A stretch of 64,000 nt of DNA from Bugula neritina (GCA_964035545.1 OZ037767.1:30954628-31018627), one strand, 5' to 3'; positions 23,663 through 54,935 are shown, counted from the first letter of the stretch. The notes: a model not told the origin generated them from the letters alone. A program made the numbers and translations.

Positions 23663-26369
23663 CCTCTAAAACTTAAGTAAATCTTATATTATAAAGTAAC
23701 TATAAAACTTATGAATTAAAAGTATAAAGCAGCGCAAAAATAACTGCAATTTTATCCATTAATTGAAATTTCTCTTCCTTATTATTTTAATTGCGATTAG
23801 AACTGGTAAAACACACTTCTATATAACCCACCTTTACAGTTGATAAATACCATATACTAATCATTAATTATATTGTCTTATTCATTGTTTATCATGAATT
23901 GTTCTAATTAAAACGTCTCAGATAGTTAATGATATGGTCTGATATTAGTCTATCAGTTATAGATTAAATAGAAAAGTTAAACTGGTTATATCTAGTTATG
24001 AGTGTATGGAAAGCAGAAGAAGTTTAATTCAGTAAAGAATGCAGACAAAGCTGAATTAGGTTAATATCTCATTATATTTGAGGTTAAAAGTTCATTACAA
24101 TAACTTACTAGCCTTACAGCGTCTTTCATCTGGTAATTCTCTGTAGTCAGAGAACTTCCAGCTTTTCAATGTTCATCATTATGCATGCTTTTAACTAGCA
24201 ACTTTATCATACAACAGGCAACTTTATCATACAACCAGCAACTTAAACATACAACAAGAAAATTTACCTTACAACTAGCAATTTTATCATCCAACTAGCA
24301 ATTTCATGGTAAAGCTAGAAATTTTAGTTTACTATAGTTGACAAACTGAATAGAAAACATTGCACAAATTGAGATAGAAATACATCTGAAGAAATCATGC
24401 ACCTGGTGTTGGTACATGTTTCAGCTCACCTCAGGAGAGTGTGTTGAATCAGTGTTATTGTGAATACTAGCACTAAACATTAGCATAAACATAATTCTGT
24501 ACAATTCTATGCAACAAAGAGACTGACTTGACTAAAACCTTTTTATAATCTAAGCTGAAAATTTATTTTTCTAAACTGGTGCAAGTTCTATAATTATCAT
24601 GATGGTAAAAGATCAAAATGATGTTATTAGTTTTAAATTAGGGCATTACTTTATTAATGATACAAAGACTTAACTATTCAGCTTTTAGCAAAGGGAAAAG
24701 ATGTTCTTTGAGGAAAAGCAATTATTTTTGTTTTCTATTATGCTAAGTTCTGTGACACAGCAAATTTATAATCACTTCAACAACTTGTGGTTTAATTTGC
24801 ACTTTCGTATCTCATTCAAAACAGAAGAATTTCTAGATCATAACACAAATGAAAAATCCCCAACACATAAATTATAACAAGGTGTTCCACCTAATGACCC
24901 CAACAACCAAGACCATTCAACTGGAAAGATATTATTTTGAGCTCAAGACTCAGACTATATGTAAAGTCTGGCTTCTTGCCAGAATAGCATATGCCGTACA
25001 CCAGTACATCTGGGTTTCCAGACTGCAGTGGAAATTGTCACATCCTGAACCTGTTTGCAAGATGCTCATATTTGATTTGTCGCCAACTTTTAGAGACACT
25101 GACTTTGGAAGATTGCCAGTTCCTATTGTAGTTAGAGGGTAAAAATGCTGGCTTTTTCTTGATTACATGACAATGCACCAGGATAACCTTTTGCAAAAGA
25201 GGCACTGCGTTACAAGCATATTTAAAATATGCATTTCATTAAACTAAAAGTTTTGTCCGAGTTTATTTCACTTCAAGATCTTATTAATAAGATGACAAAA
25301 CATATCATATAAGATATATCAATAGGAACCCATTTACTCTAATATAGATGTATTCACTCTTTATCTAAAACAATTTTTGTACTAAAATCAATCTGTGAAA
25401 TTGTTGCACTAACTACAAAATACATTCAGTAGCCTACTAAGAATGATAGCTATTAGGTCCACTTCATTGCTATTCTAAAAACTTCCATTCGGCTGTTGGC
25501 CAATTTAAGAAAATACAGCCAAATAGTCTTTCAGCTGACTGACACCCCTGCAGTTATTGCTTACCCATAATACATTCTGTCTGTTCGTCTGCTTATTGAA
25601 ATGGTTACTCCTTCGGCAATCCAGCAATCTGCATACTGCGCACAATATACCATCTAATTCATAATACTAAGACATAGATGTCCAATGTTGCCTTTAGAGG
25701 GATGGGACAAAATAGTTGACATATATGCAAATATTTAATATCTAAGCACCATTAAAGTAGAGGTGATTCATAACTTTCAAGGCTGTAGAAATAGTAAGTA
25801 GAAAATTGGAAATGAAAACATTTATGTTACACTAATAGCTGATATTTGTTTTAGCCCGAGCCTGTTTTATTTCAAGTTTTTAGTCTTTAGTGAAATAACT
25901 TGTGTATGGGTAACTTTTTTATATTTCAAGAATTTTGAACGAGCAAATGACATGTTTTGGACAGACCAAACTCTTACTTCTGCTCGTTAGTTTGAAAATT
26001 GTAAAACTTGCATTATACATAAACTGTGTAAAAATAGTTTCACAAAGTTGGTTTTGGTTGAGATGTGAAACTAATACTTTTACGACCAGAAACCTACTTT
26101 AGCCAAAGCTTGTGTAAAGCCACCAGGGCAAGCAACTGTGTATACCTCATGGTTTAAATCATTCATTGCACAAGCTATTAAACTTAAAGATGTAAAGCTC
26201 TTTTTTCAAATTGTAAATACTTTTCAGTTCCCCTGTTTAGCATTCGAACAATATATTCTTATTAACTATTGAAACATTTCATCACAAAAACAATTGCAAT
26301 TGTTGGGCTATATATGCTTTACTACACTCTAGTTATAATGTATAGGGTTTAGTGCGTACAAGGAGCTCC

Positions 26370-26480
26370 CTCATTGGCTGTAAACACGCAATATATAAAG
26401 GTTATCTCGGTGCACTGTAGCCTGCATTTGGTGTTAGTTGTTGCCTGAGTTGGTTAACTTCTGCAGTACTCTTTGAGTAA
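26370..26480 (+). promoter_or_regulatory. Candidate promoter and non-coding first exon of the racemase gene
   Basis: Inverted CCAAT (ATTGG ~26373), TATATAAAG ~26392, donor GA|GTAAGT ~26477. Confidence 0.4.
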
Positions 26481-26835
26481 GTGTATCTTCTTCTACTAAA
26501 TCCTCATCTAGTATGTAAAATAGTTTTAGTTAAATGATCAAAATCACTAGATTTAATTGTGCTGGTATCGCTTAATATTCATATTGCCAGTTTACATATA
26601 GTTATACAGTATAGGTACTAGTTGGTTATGCACAGGCTTGTCTTAGAATAGTTGTCATTAGAAGGAATAAGTAATATAATATTTAGTTCACTAGTTGTAA
26701 TATAGTATGTCTTTGTAATATATTATGTAGTTGTATAATTTTCAGACATATAAATCATTACCAAGTAAAGCTTGGCGTGCTGCCAGGTTTATTGAATCGC
26801 TGCCACTGAGAAAGCTGCCTCCAGACTACAGAAAA

Positions 26836-29800
26836 ATGAGGTAAATTGTTAATACACATTTAATTGTAATATTATAATTTAATCTATATTATTATATCAT
26901 ATTACACTATAATATAATGTTATAAAATATTATATTGTATTGTATTGGTTTGTACAATTACAACCTATTCTACTTTGTTAAACCAGAATTCTATATTACT
27001 GTCATCAAGGTTGTATAAACCTATCAACATGGCAAGTGGAGATAACTTTATTTATTCTTTATTTTCCCTCGACTTCCACAGAGAATTTAACTCATGAAAT
27101 GTAAAAGTTTTTTATTTTATGCTGCAGTTAGACTTTCCTCCAATTGAAAATATCTTGCACAGTAGTTTGAGATTAGAATAGGTTGCGGCAGCTTTTGAGT
27201 TCTTCTCTAGAAGTTGGTGCGCTATACATAGCCAAGTTTTAGCTTGAATATTTAGTCACTACTAGCCAAGGCTAAACCAGAAGTTACAAACCCAGGCTAA
27301 GCAATATTTTACCTTTCTGCCATGTTATATCATAGTGCTGTCTTAGCTAGGCTAGCAACTCTATACTAAGTCAGCAGTAAATTCTGAGAAGCTGAGGTCA
27401 ACAACAGATAATTTATTTGCATTGTGAAATTAAGCAGTGAGTTTTTATTAAACTGTTACTGAAGTGTAGTGAATGTAGATTTGGTACTGTACATTGCTAG
27501 CCATTATGCTCAATTAATTCACCTTCTAGCAGTATTATACCCATTGAATTTTATAAGAATGATATAATAATAATATATAAGAATAATATAATATAATAAT
27601 ATATAAGAATTATATAATAATATGTAGGAATCATTTGCTATTAAATCAGGAAAAATTTACAATTTTTGAATACACTTTGTACTGTGCTACTTTACAGCAA
27701 ACGAGACATAAACCACTCATTTGGTGTTTAGCCTATGAAATTGTTGTTTATATGATTTAGTACCCACAATATTATATAATAGTTGAGGAAAGTTTAGTTG
27801 ATAATACATATAACCACAGCATATTCTCTTAACAGTTCTAGTAAGTGCCTCATTACTAACTGTTTATCATTAAACCAGTTTATGCCTAGCTATAAAAAGT
27901 ATCATTGTATACTGGAATAGTCTTTTCTTTGTGTGGTACAAATTCTTAGACAATTACACTGAGGTGAAATGATTGTTTGGGCTGCACAATGCAATACTAT
28001 TGTTATTATGCTATTTGCACATTATAATTAGACTGGCCACTGCCTTAGAGTTTGTAAAGGCCATTTACACATTCTAGCAGTAGTCCAGTGTGAAATCTTA
28101 TAAAATATGTCTTTAAAGGATATCTTACTGTATTTTTGCATCACATGTTTTATTTATAGAACATTCTAGAATGTATTTGGTATACAGACTGCTTACAGCA
28201 CGTGTTATAAAGCACTAAGTGATACATTAACCCATAGTGTAGCTGAATACTAAATCCTAACACACAGGTGCTAAGTGTTAACAGCCGATAATTATTTTTC
28301 AATAATTGCTCAGTCAAATGTTACGTATAGCCTATAATACATAAACACAATAGCTTAATAATAGCATGTTTTTTCTATTACACCGCATCTGTTTTACCCA
28401 CAATGCATTGCTACATGCTATCATATTTATCTGGCAAATCTACAGGCAAATACGGTTACCTACATGTTTCAGATTAATAATCTAGTATAATATAATATAA
28501 TATAATATAATATAATAATATAATATAATGTAGTATAATATAATAATATAATATAATAGTATGATATAATATAATATAATAATATAACTTATAAAATATT
28601 ACAGCCAATGATATCTCAGCTATTTGACTATATGATTTAGTCTGCCCGATCTACTGACCCTACAAGATGTCGAGGAAGCCTATGAGCGAATCAGAGAGCA
28701 CATAGAGTTGACTCCAGTCATGAGGTGTGCCGAGGCTGATCGCATCACAGGGCGGGAAATCTACTTCAAAGCTGAGCAACTCCAACTAACAGGAGCTTTC
28801 AAGATCCGAGGGGCTTTGAGCTCGGTTAGTGGGAAATCTCTAGTCTACAGTCTATTGGAGTTGTCATCCTAAATACTCAGAACTTCAAGGCACTGTAACC
28901 TCCCTATGGATTTGGCAAAACAATACATGTGGGAATTTACAAACAAAAAATACAAAAATGTTTGCCTGTTATGTTAATTCAACTATGACTGTCAAATATT
29001 TGATTTAATTACTACAAAAAAACAACAAAGCCACTCCCTGCATGTTCACATCCTTTATTCTAATCACTTCAACAGATTCGGAATAAAAAACAGTTTGCTG
29101 GGTGCATAGTGGCAACCTTAGCTAGTAGTTTATCAGCAGGAAATCTCATTTTGACTCAATTCACTAATGACTCTAAATCCTAAACATGAATGAAACCCAG
29201 ACAATCATTTATGGCCTTGTGGTGGGCTTTGACGTAGTAACTCTGTCTGCTGTACTTGTCATTAGATTACGCAATAACCTGCAATGGTGAGTCTTCAGGT
29301 GGTACAGCATTCTAAGCCCCAACATCCAGTTTGATATATGACCTTCAACCCTTTGCCAATACCACTCTCAGCTTCCACTTAGTTATATTAAATTATCCAT
29401 TACCTGCAGTTTGCAGCTATTAGTAATGGGGTATATACTTGCAGAGCTGTGATAGCTATTTATATCTTTAATACACACAGCTGATAAACATAGTTCAACC
29501 CAGGGTGATCTATTACTTCAACTGTTTGGTTCAACTCGTTGAATAGTATAAATGTACAGAAAGTTTAAGCTGAATAGTATTATTACTAGCTTTAGTATTT
29601 TATTATATTAACAAAATTATATTAGCTGCTGATATAACATTTCAAAGTATTTTAATTTTTTTCAGGCAAAATTGTTGAAAAGTAAACAAGAAGCCGAGGG
29701 TGTCACAGACCCTCCTGGAGTGGTGGGTGAAGTTATATCTACTTTATAATAGAGTTTAGTTATTGGTTAGTGAATGGCAACAGCAGCGATCTAGTGGCCA

Positions 29801-32800
29801 GAGTACTGACTTAGATGTTAGTGATTGCAGATAGTAAAATATTTAGTGGAACTGTGCCTATTTACCAGGTGACTCACAGCAGTGGTAATCATGGACTAGC
29901 TCTTGCGTGGGCTTCTAAAATTATCGGTTTCCCATGCACAGTGATTGTCCCGAAGGGCACCCCACCTTGCAAGATTGAGGCTGTTAAGAACCTGGGAGCT
30001 GAGCTTATTGAGTCGTATCCCAGCGTCACTGGCAGGTGAGTTAATTATACCCTCCCTACCCTCCTCCCCCCTATACCCTCCCTACCCTCCTCCCCCCTAT
30101 ACCCTCCCTACCCTCCTCCCCCCTATACCCTCTATACCGTAGGACTATACCCTCTATACTATAGGACTATACCTCTCCCCCCCCCCCCGTACCGTAGCAC
30201 TATACCCTCCCCCCCGTACTGTAACACTATACCCTCCCCCCCCCCGTACTGTAACACTATACCCTCCCCAACCCCCCCCCCCCGTACTGTAACACTATAC
30301 CCTCTGTACTGTAGCACTATACCTCTCCCCCCCCCTACTGTAGCACTATACCCCCCCCCCCCCCCCGTACTGTAACACTATACCCTCCGTACTGTAGTGT
30401 TATGTTCTGCGGTAGAATAACATGGTGTAAAAGAGTGATATGACTAAAGTATTACTTCAGAGTTCATTCACTTTCAATATTATCTATTTCAGTATTTCAT
30501 ATCATAGTTTCATATATCTCATATATACCTTAACACAACATTGTAAACTTGTGAAATGCAAAGTTTTTATTATTATAGTTTGCCTAGTCTTGTTTCCAAG
30601 CTGCAGTTTGGGTGCAAATTGTTTGGTTATATTCATTCTGTATTCTATATAATATTTTTGAAACAGAATTGAAGCCATGAAGAAAGTGTGTGCAGAAACT
30701 GGAAAAGTTTACATTAGTTCCTGTGAGAATGTCTCAGATATAGCTGGGCAGGTATGATGCTACCCCCTCCTATGCAGGGAAAAAATAGTTTAGAACTCGG
30801 GCTCATAAAGATCCAGCAACCAATTACAGTAACATACAAGTGTTTATTCTCACATCAAATGTTATATAAATACTGAAAGTTTAGTTGATTTAAAAGAAAA
30901 TTTTGTATAACAATTAAGTGCAATACAAATTGTGCAAACTGTAGTTTTTACCAAGTTTTGATCTTGCATCTTGCAAATTGAATCTAACAAACTCTCCTGG
31001 ACTATTAGTTTATTGCCCTGGACTATAGCATGGCTTAAACCGGCAGATTTAAAGTTGGTCACTGTTATAACATTGTATAAATATTATTTTATCAAAATAG
31101 CTATTGGTATGCAGTTTAAGTTATAATCATATGGTTACTGCAGATATAAATATCTGAAAATATGCAAAGATTACATTTAATGGTTCCACTTTTATACTGT
31201 GTTGCACTAAAGCTACTGTTTTAACATAAACTAGAAGCTATCCAGGGTTGATATATTTTAGGACTTTTAAACAATAAACTAGTAAAATTTATAAACATTT
31301 GAAGGCATGAGAAGTTGAAACTATAAATGTTTCATCAAAGATTTGGTATACTTAGTTAGAAAATGTCTAGTTTGATCAGCCAATAAATTTCAATTTTACA
31401 AACTTTATACTAGTAGAACTGCTTCACAATACTTAATCTTTTAAAGTTATTTCCAATGAGTTGAAATAAGCAGACTAATTATTTGATGAATTTTATAGTA
31501 TTTTTGTGTGATAATCTTTAATACTTGTACTATTGCCAGGGTACATGTGGTTTAGACTCATTGATACTTGTACTATTGCCAGGGTACATGTGTTCTAGAC
31601 TCATTGATACTTGTACTATTGCCAGGGTACATGTGGGCTAGAGTTGATTCGCCAAGTACCAGATCTTGATGCTGTTCTGGTCTCAATCAGTGGAGGGGGA
31701 CTGTCTGCCGGCATCGCTGTCGCCGTGAAGGCTATCAAACCTGACTGTAAAATATATCTAGTCACCCCACGTGGTAGGTTTATATGTCTAGTCACTCCAC
31801 GTGGTAGGTTTTAGTATAATATATCTAGTCACTCCACGTGGTAGGTTTATATGTCTAGTCACTCCACGTGGTAGGTTTATATGTCTAGTCACTCCACGTG
31901 GTAGGTTTTAGTATAATATATCTACTAGCCACAACTCATAGTAACTAAGATTACAGGATGCACATTTAATGGCATGCAATAATATGTTGCAGTAGTAAAA
32001 AGCAATTGCATTGCACTTGTTTTACTGCACGACTGAGTGTAGAAACATTATCCTGGTACTGGTAATAACTTACATGTAAACAAGGAAATATATGGCAGTA
32101 AATTATAATATTGTTTGGTTGTGACAGAACTAGAGAACTGTGCTCTAAACTGTGGTTCATGTAGCTCTATATTGACAGGGAAAATGATGGAACAATGCTT
32201 GCGCTCTGGAGAAAGGGAGTGGCCCAACCCGCCCCGATTTCTGGACACAATTGCAGAGGGAATCCGGCTACAGCAGACAGGGCAAAGGGCATTCAAAATC
32301 CTGAGAGAGTTGGCCGAGAAAGAAGTCATCGAAGTTGTGAGTTTAGATTAAGGATGTCACAATATGGTGATGACTTACAGACATGGGGCAATAACTCTTG
32401 GAATTTAAGTTTTATTGCCAGAAAATATTAAACAAGACTGTTTGAAGTTGTCTTCCTTATGCTAGTAAATCTTATTTTAGCTGCTGGTGTTTATTGTGTA
32501 CTCAATATTTTAGAGCGATGAGGAAATCATAGCTGGAATGAAGTTTACTTTTAACCATATGAAGGTGGGGATAACTAACTAGACTTTAATATTTTGCTAA
32601 CTAGACTTTATAAAATAATTTATACTATCAATTAAAACCTAATACTGCTGTTTAATTTGTAAAATAACAGGTTATCTTTGCTGATTGCTATAGAATATAC
32701 ATACTTATTGTATTATCGTATGAATAACATGTTATTACCATAACAATAACACATTGAATAATATAATAATGATATAGATTCCAATCATATCATATTATAT

Positions 32801-33151
32801 AGTAGTATAGATTATGTATTTACAAACCAACACACAGAAAACAGTCTTTTGCTAAATAGAAATTTTGCTATATCTGTAAAATGAGAGTTGTGTCACCCTA
32901 GCAATGGGATGAGCAATGTCATGCGATTGTCAAACTACCACAACCTAATTTCTCTTTGTAAAAACTTGCAGCAAGTGATTGAAGCTGCAGCTGGAGCGAC
33001 TGTGGCAGCTCTGTTTACTGAGAAAATGGCCGCACTTCCTGCGAGTATCAAGAAGGTGGCGGTTATTTCCTGTGGAGGCAATGTGGATATTGATAATCTC
33101 CCCTGGTATGAAAGCTACGTCAACCCTTTCAAGATGGGAGACATTATCTAA
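26836..33151 (+). CDS. PLP-dependent serine/aspartate racemase family enzyme (fold type II), about 344 aa, 9 coding exons
   Basis: Exons 26836-26840, 28641-28824, 29666-29722, 29869-30035, 30667-30751, 31626-31773, 32179-32336, 32514-32564, 32972-33151. Motifs FKAEQLQLTGAFKIRGA (PLP Lys), VTHSSGNHG, IAGQGT, SGGGL, DTIAEG, CGGNVD. Confidence 0.92.
30045..30395. repeat. C-rich intronic repeat (G-runs on the minus strand)
   Basis: CTATACCCTCCC... and CCCCGTACTGTAACACTATA units starting just after the exon-4 donor. Confidence 0.85.
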
Positions 33152-34389
33152 ACTCGGCAGCTACTTACCATAACACGCTCAAGCTACTCATGACATGCAT
33201 TGCTTACTAGTTACAATATGCAGTCATAAAAGATTATATTAGGAGTTGCGATTCCGGATAAAAAGATTATTAGGTGGTACAACTCCCTACAGTAGAGGAT
33301 TACCAGTACATATTATTAGTATCTAATAATTATATTTTATACTTTTTATTATTTTATCACAAATTGTACTACTAGAAACTAATTTTTTCATGCTTTTAAC
33401 TTTTATGTACTAAAATAGACTTTTTATTGCAGCTTACTTTAGCAGTTATGAAATTGCATTTTATGCTATTGTTATTCCATATAATATATTTGCTAATTTT
33501 GTACGTTTTTGTATAAATAAAATTCTGCATACTTTTTATAACTAATAAAATATGATTATTTTATTAAAACAAAGTTATACTACATAAGTTAAACATAAGT
33601 TAATTGCTATAGTATAATTTTGACATGATTTTATATAAGAAAGTCAATCTACTGTATGTATATTACATATCTTATTTTATTCAATGCAATGATATACTAT
33701 AGCTAATATTTGCGAATGGAAAGCTTTAACTGAATCTACTTCGGTGCAGTCTGAGGCTTGAATTGTTGTAAACTAAAAAGAGAAGGTACCTTTCAAAGCT
33801 ACCACAAAACTGTGTCTTTGTACTAAAAGCTGTGAAATCATTACTCCAATCAATTTTCTATTGTATAGTATAATATATCATAGTTAAATGCAGTAGCAAA
33901 AAAGTGTAGCTACACAATTTTGTCAACAAAAAACACATTTTCTCAAGCAAAATCATTGCTAGTGTTTCATCTCATGCTACCTATTGTTGAATTTTTACAG
34001 TTTTCTATAAAAAGTCTAAATGCGGGAGACAACAGCTTTCAACTCATGCAGTTTGGAAAGCATACTGTAGTCGTTCTAAATGCATTATTTCACCATATAT
34101 ACCTTAACGATCCTTTTTAGTAGAACTAGTCGAAATATTGCTAGAGCAAAATAGATTGCACTCAGCACACACTATCTTATATAGCAGATTAATTACAAAA
34201 TTTACCTGCAGTTGGTACATTTCATAATCCTTCATACTCATAGATATAATATATACTTCAAGTGCTATATAAGTGTCGTATCTTTCTGCTTAATAATTGT
34301 GTTATCAACAAACCTTCAAGTTTTTTATGACTTCAATTTGTATTTCTACGAGTTGCAACTACACAATTATTAAAGCTAGGTCACCTGCA

Positions 34390-34645
34390 GCTAGAGTGTC
34401 ATGTGGGCAAAGTGGCCTGTAGAGTGTCATGTCAGGCAAGGTAGCCTGTAGGGTGTCATGTTAGGCAAAGTAGACTGCAGAGTAGAGTGCCATGTTAGAT
34501 AAGGTAGTTTGTAGACTGTAGGGTGCCCTATTGGCAAGCTGGTCTGTAGAGTGTCATGTTAGGCAAGGAGGCATATATGATTTTAGACTTTATTGCACTG
34601 CTATACAAGCACCTGCTATACAAGCACCTGCTATACAAGCACCTG
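34390..34645. repeat. Intergenic short tandem repeats (~27-bp and 15-bp units)
   Basis: TGTAGAGTGTCATGTTAGGCAAGG-like x5 and CTGCTATACAAGCAC x3. Confidence 0.75.
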
Positions 34646-36129
34646 TGACTAATTGTTTGTATGATTCTTTAGTTATAATATTCACTAGTCTTATACTAAA
34701 CTGCAGCTTTTGAAATAAAATGTAGACAGACACCTTCTGTACTTTGAGTGATCAATACTAGTTTAGTGATAAACTGGAAACTTGTCATTACATTTAAATA
34801 CTCCATCTTCAGTGATGCAATACTACAAACAGGTTGTGGTAATTTATCACTTACTTGTTTACATATTTATCTTAGTGCAAACTCCTCTTATATTCAAGAT
34901 ACACACCCACTATATGGGTTAGTTCCTTTCAATGAAAGTTTTCCTGTTAATTAATGACTGGTTGGTGGTACAAACCTCTAATAAAGTTGTAGTGATTAAA
35001 TCAAAACACTATTACTATCCACTTATATTATATAATGCAAAGTCATTTAAGCAATCCTAGTAGCTACAAATCAAAGAGTTGATAACTCATAATAAGAATA
35101 GTGAATTCAAGTTTTTCTATCTTTATAAACTTTTTTTTTTGTAAAACAATATGTTGCAGTGCTTTGCTAAGCGTTGTGGCCTTGTTACAATACATAATAT
35201 ATTACATATTTTTATAAATTATATAAACATTACACTATGTAATGTACTAGATACCATTATATTACTATATTGCTTATTATATAATGAAAAATGTATTATC
35301 TAATATATCATTGTGACAGCAGCAGCTATTTGCAGAGAAGAGGCGAAAGCTCAACTCTGCTAAAGTTTATATAGCAGAAATTGTAAAGGGCTATAATTTT
35401 TAGTCTTTTTCTAAAGTTCCAGAATAATTCTGAGACATAGTTACATTAAATGCACAATAAGTAGCCACTACCAAGTTCAAAAGCTTATATCATGGTAGAT
35501 AACATGTCTATAACAACACATGAAATAGCATCCATCTAGTATAAACGGCACTGTGCATGTGCTGTGCATTCATCAACCGAATTGGTATCAATATCAGCTT
35601 GAGTGCTTTTTTAAATAAAACTAGTGATTAACATGAAGTTTGTATTTTATTACGCATGCGCAATAAGGTAGAACGTAGATATCAATATATAAACAGACGT
35701 AATTAGTGTGTATGTGTCACTAGTTAGGGGGTATAATTTCATGAACTTTATATCTATATATTTTGTTACATATAAATATAAATATGTATCAATAATATAG
35801 AATGTTATAACGGATTATTCGCCATAAGTGTGTCTCCTTAGAATTGCTGGACTAAATAAGATACTAAAGGATGGACACAATAATGTAACATAATGCAATA
35901 CTGTAACATAATATAATACATGCATTCATATAATATACAACTATAACAATAAGATATGTAACAGTATATTGCTTTTTGCATGATTATCTTAGTGTTCGTA
36001 TCATATTTGCATATTTTGCAGAATAGACAATAAAAAGTATTTAAAGTAACTACAGAAATCAGAAGCCTGGTATCTGCATTTGAATGGCTATAATAAGGCT
36101 AAAGTCTTCAATATAGTCATGAAACCCTT

Positions 36130-36360
36130 TGATAACATTTCAAGAAGCTTGAGTGTTTTTATCAGCTTTATTAACCCTCTTAAGATGGGAAACTCTGCAT
36201 TAGAAGTTTATGATGGTGAAGCCGTTTTATCAGTCTGAATTTAGATATTAGGAAATTAAACGTTTATCTTTGAAAACACTGATAAAGCGTTGGGCTTTAG
36301 TTACTGCCTATAAGCATAGCAGCTACCTACAACTACAGAAGTCTTTCTTATAAGGTAAGC
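36130..36360 (+). promoter_or_regulatory. Candidate GATA-rich promoter and short non-coding exon of the glucosidase gene
   Basis: Five WGATAA sites on either strand (36130, 36159, 36227, 36264, 36280), TATAAG at 36309, donor AAG|GTAAGC at 36355. Confidence 0.5.
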
Positions 36361-36893
36361 ACGGTATGTTTTCTTGATATTCTGATGTCAAGTTATCGTA
36401 TAGATTTTGACAAGGCACTTTTTACCCTGTTTAATTTAATTTAAAATAATTATGTATGTTCATAAAAGTGGAGGACAAAAAAAACAATCAACACCAAATA
36501 TTTGAAAAGCTTCAAAGCTACTTTATAATCATATTAGTCACTAGGAGGCTTTAAACATGATTTGGAAGAAACATTCTTCTGGAAATAAACATTATAATTC
36601 AAGCCTAGTGGAACAGGAGCTTGTTTGACCCCAAAAGGTCAAGTCAACAGTTACATATGCTAGCCCGTGTGTTAAACGACCACTGTCACATCCATAGTGA
36701 TAGTAGGTTAGTCTAGATGGGTATTGAATGCAGTTAGAGTTCTAACTGGGTAGCTTAGTTAGTACGAATGACGTACAAGCTATATAACTAAACGAGCTTT
36801 TAGCTTTTTGCTTCTCTATCAGTGGTCCATAAACATTAGTGATTAGTGTGAAAACATTTTAGGAATGGACAGAATATAAGGTTAGATAGAGAA

Positions 36894-53759
<16,866 letters not shown>

Positions 53760-54149
53760 AAGATTTATAATTTACACAAAGAATCACATAAATAATACTA
53801 TTAATTATTTGTTATCGTGATTTAATTATTTTTATTTACTTGAAAGTATCAAAGATAAAAATAGTTGATTTCTACTGAGTTACATGATTGATTTCGTTAT
53901 GAATATTTTACTACAATCATTCCAAACATGAGAATAAATTAATAATTATTATACCATATGATATATTATTCAGAGTGAGATGTTATGTAGAGCATAATTT
54001 CAGTATTGTAACTAACAAACTCGAAAATCCCACGAGCGTTCGGCAGCAGTTTGTTTGGCCAATAAACAAGCTTCACATGATGCCAAAGCTCTACTCCGCC
54101 GCTGCTAGAAGTTGGCAGCACTGTGCAAGTGAGTGACTGAGTGGGAGGG

Positions 54150-54935
54150 TCACTTCGATATAGATATACTGGTCTGTAACTGCTTCAGGGATTGCTTCCC
54201 TTGCACTACTAGCATCCGTATGGCTGCCTAGAATTTAGAATGAACACACATTTAGTAGTAAAATACAAAGTTTAAACTCTAAAATATTAAACAAGAGTTA
54301 ACAGAAGCTATTAGGAAAAATTAGAACTTGAATGCTGGTTTGGTTAACTTATTAAAGTAATAAAATTTCCACTAAAATTACTATTTATTGCTGATATTTT
54401 GACTTTATACTCATACTTCAGTAAAAATTTGTACAAGTTATAAAATATTGACTAGAAATAAACTTTCAGCACAACCCTCGATCAACAAGAAAGTATTTTT
54501 TTACATTCAAATCATTTGACAAATGTACTAGAAAAACACAAATTAAGTTATAAAATATATATAGTTTTAAAGTTGAACTTAGAATCTGAATAACTCTGAA
54601 ATCACCTCATCTTCAACTCTCATATTCTTCTTGAAGTCATGTCTAACCCATTCTATCATTTCTTGACTAGTAGTTTTGTCACCAATTTCCTTGCAAGCTT
54701 TGATCAAATCTTTATATAGTAGCTTTACTTCTTTTCTCAACATAAACTAGCAGAAAGCAAGACTTTTTCAACAATGCATAATTTATAAAGAAAAGATTAG
54801 GCAATGTACGCAGTAACGAACAGCAATGCTTTACACTAAATTAACCATTGACATACAACCGACAAAAATATCATCAGTGTGCATATAAATAACAGTCACC
54901 TGCCGTAAAGACATGAGTTTCTCTACTGGAGACAT
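54150..54935 (-). CDS. LYRM2: LYR motif-containing protein 2 (mitochondrial), 84 aa, 3 exons
   Basis: Exons 54935-54900, 54746-54606, 54227-54150 give MSPVEKLMSLRQFMLRKEVKLLYKDLIKACKEI..WVRHDFKKNMRVEDEAAIRMLVVQGKQSLKQLQTSISISK, matching the LYRM2 pattern (L.L.QF..R..V..LY(R/K)..W.R..F..N..IRM...QG). Missed by the ORF track. Confidence 0.88.

Noticed and set aside
24849-25200. 97-aa ORF in a slightly GC-richer patch
   Set aside because: No recognisable motif or consistent splice pattern on either strand; may be a decayed fragment.
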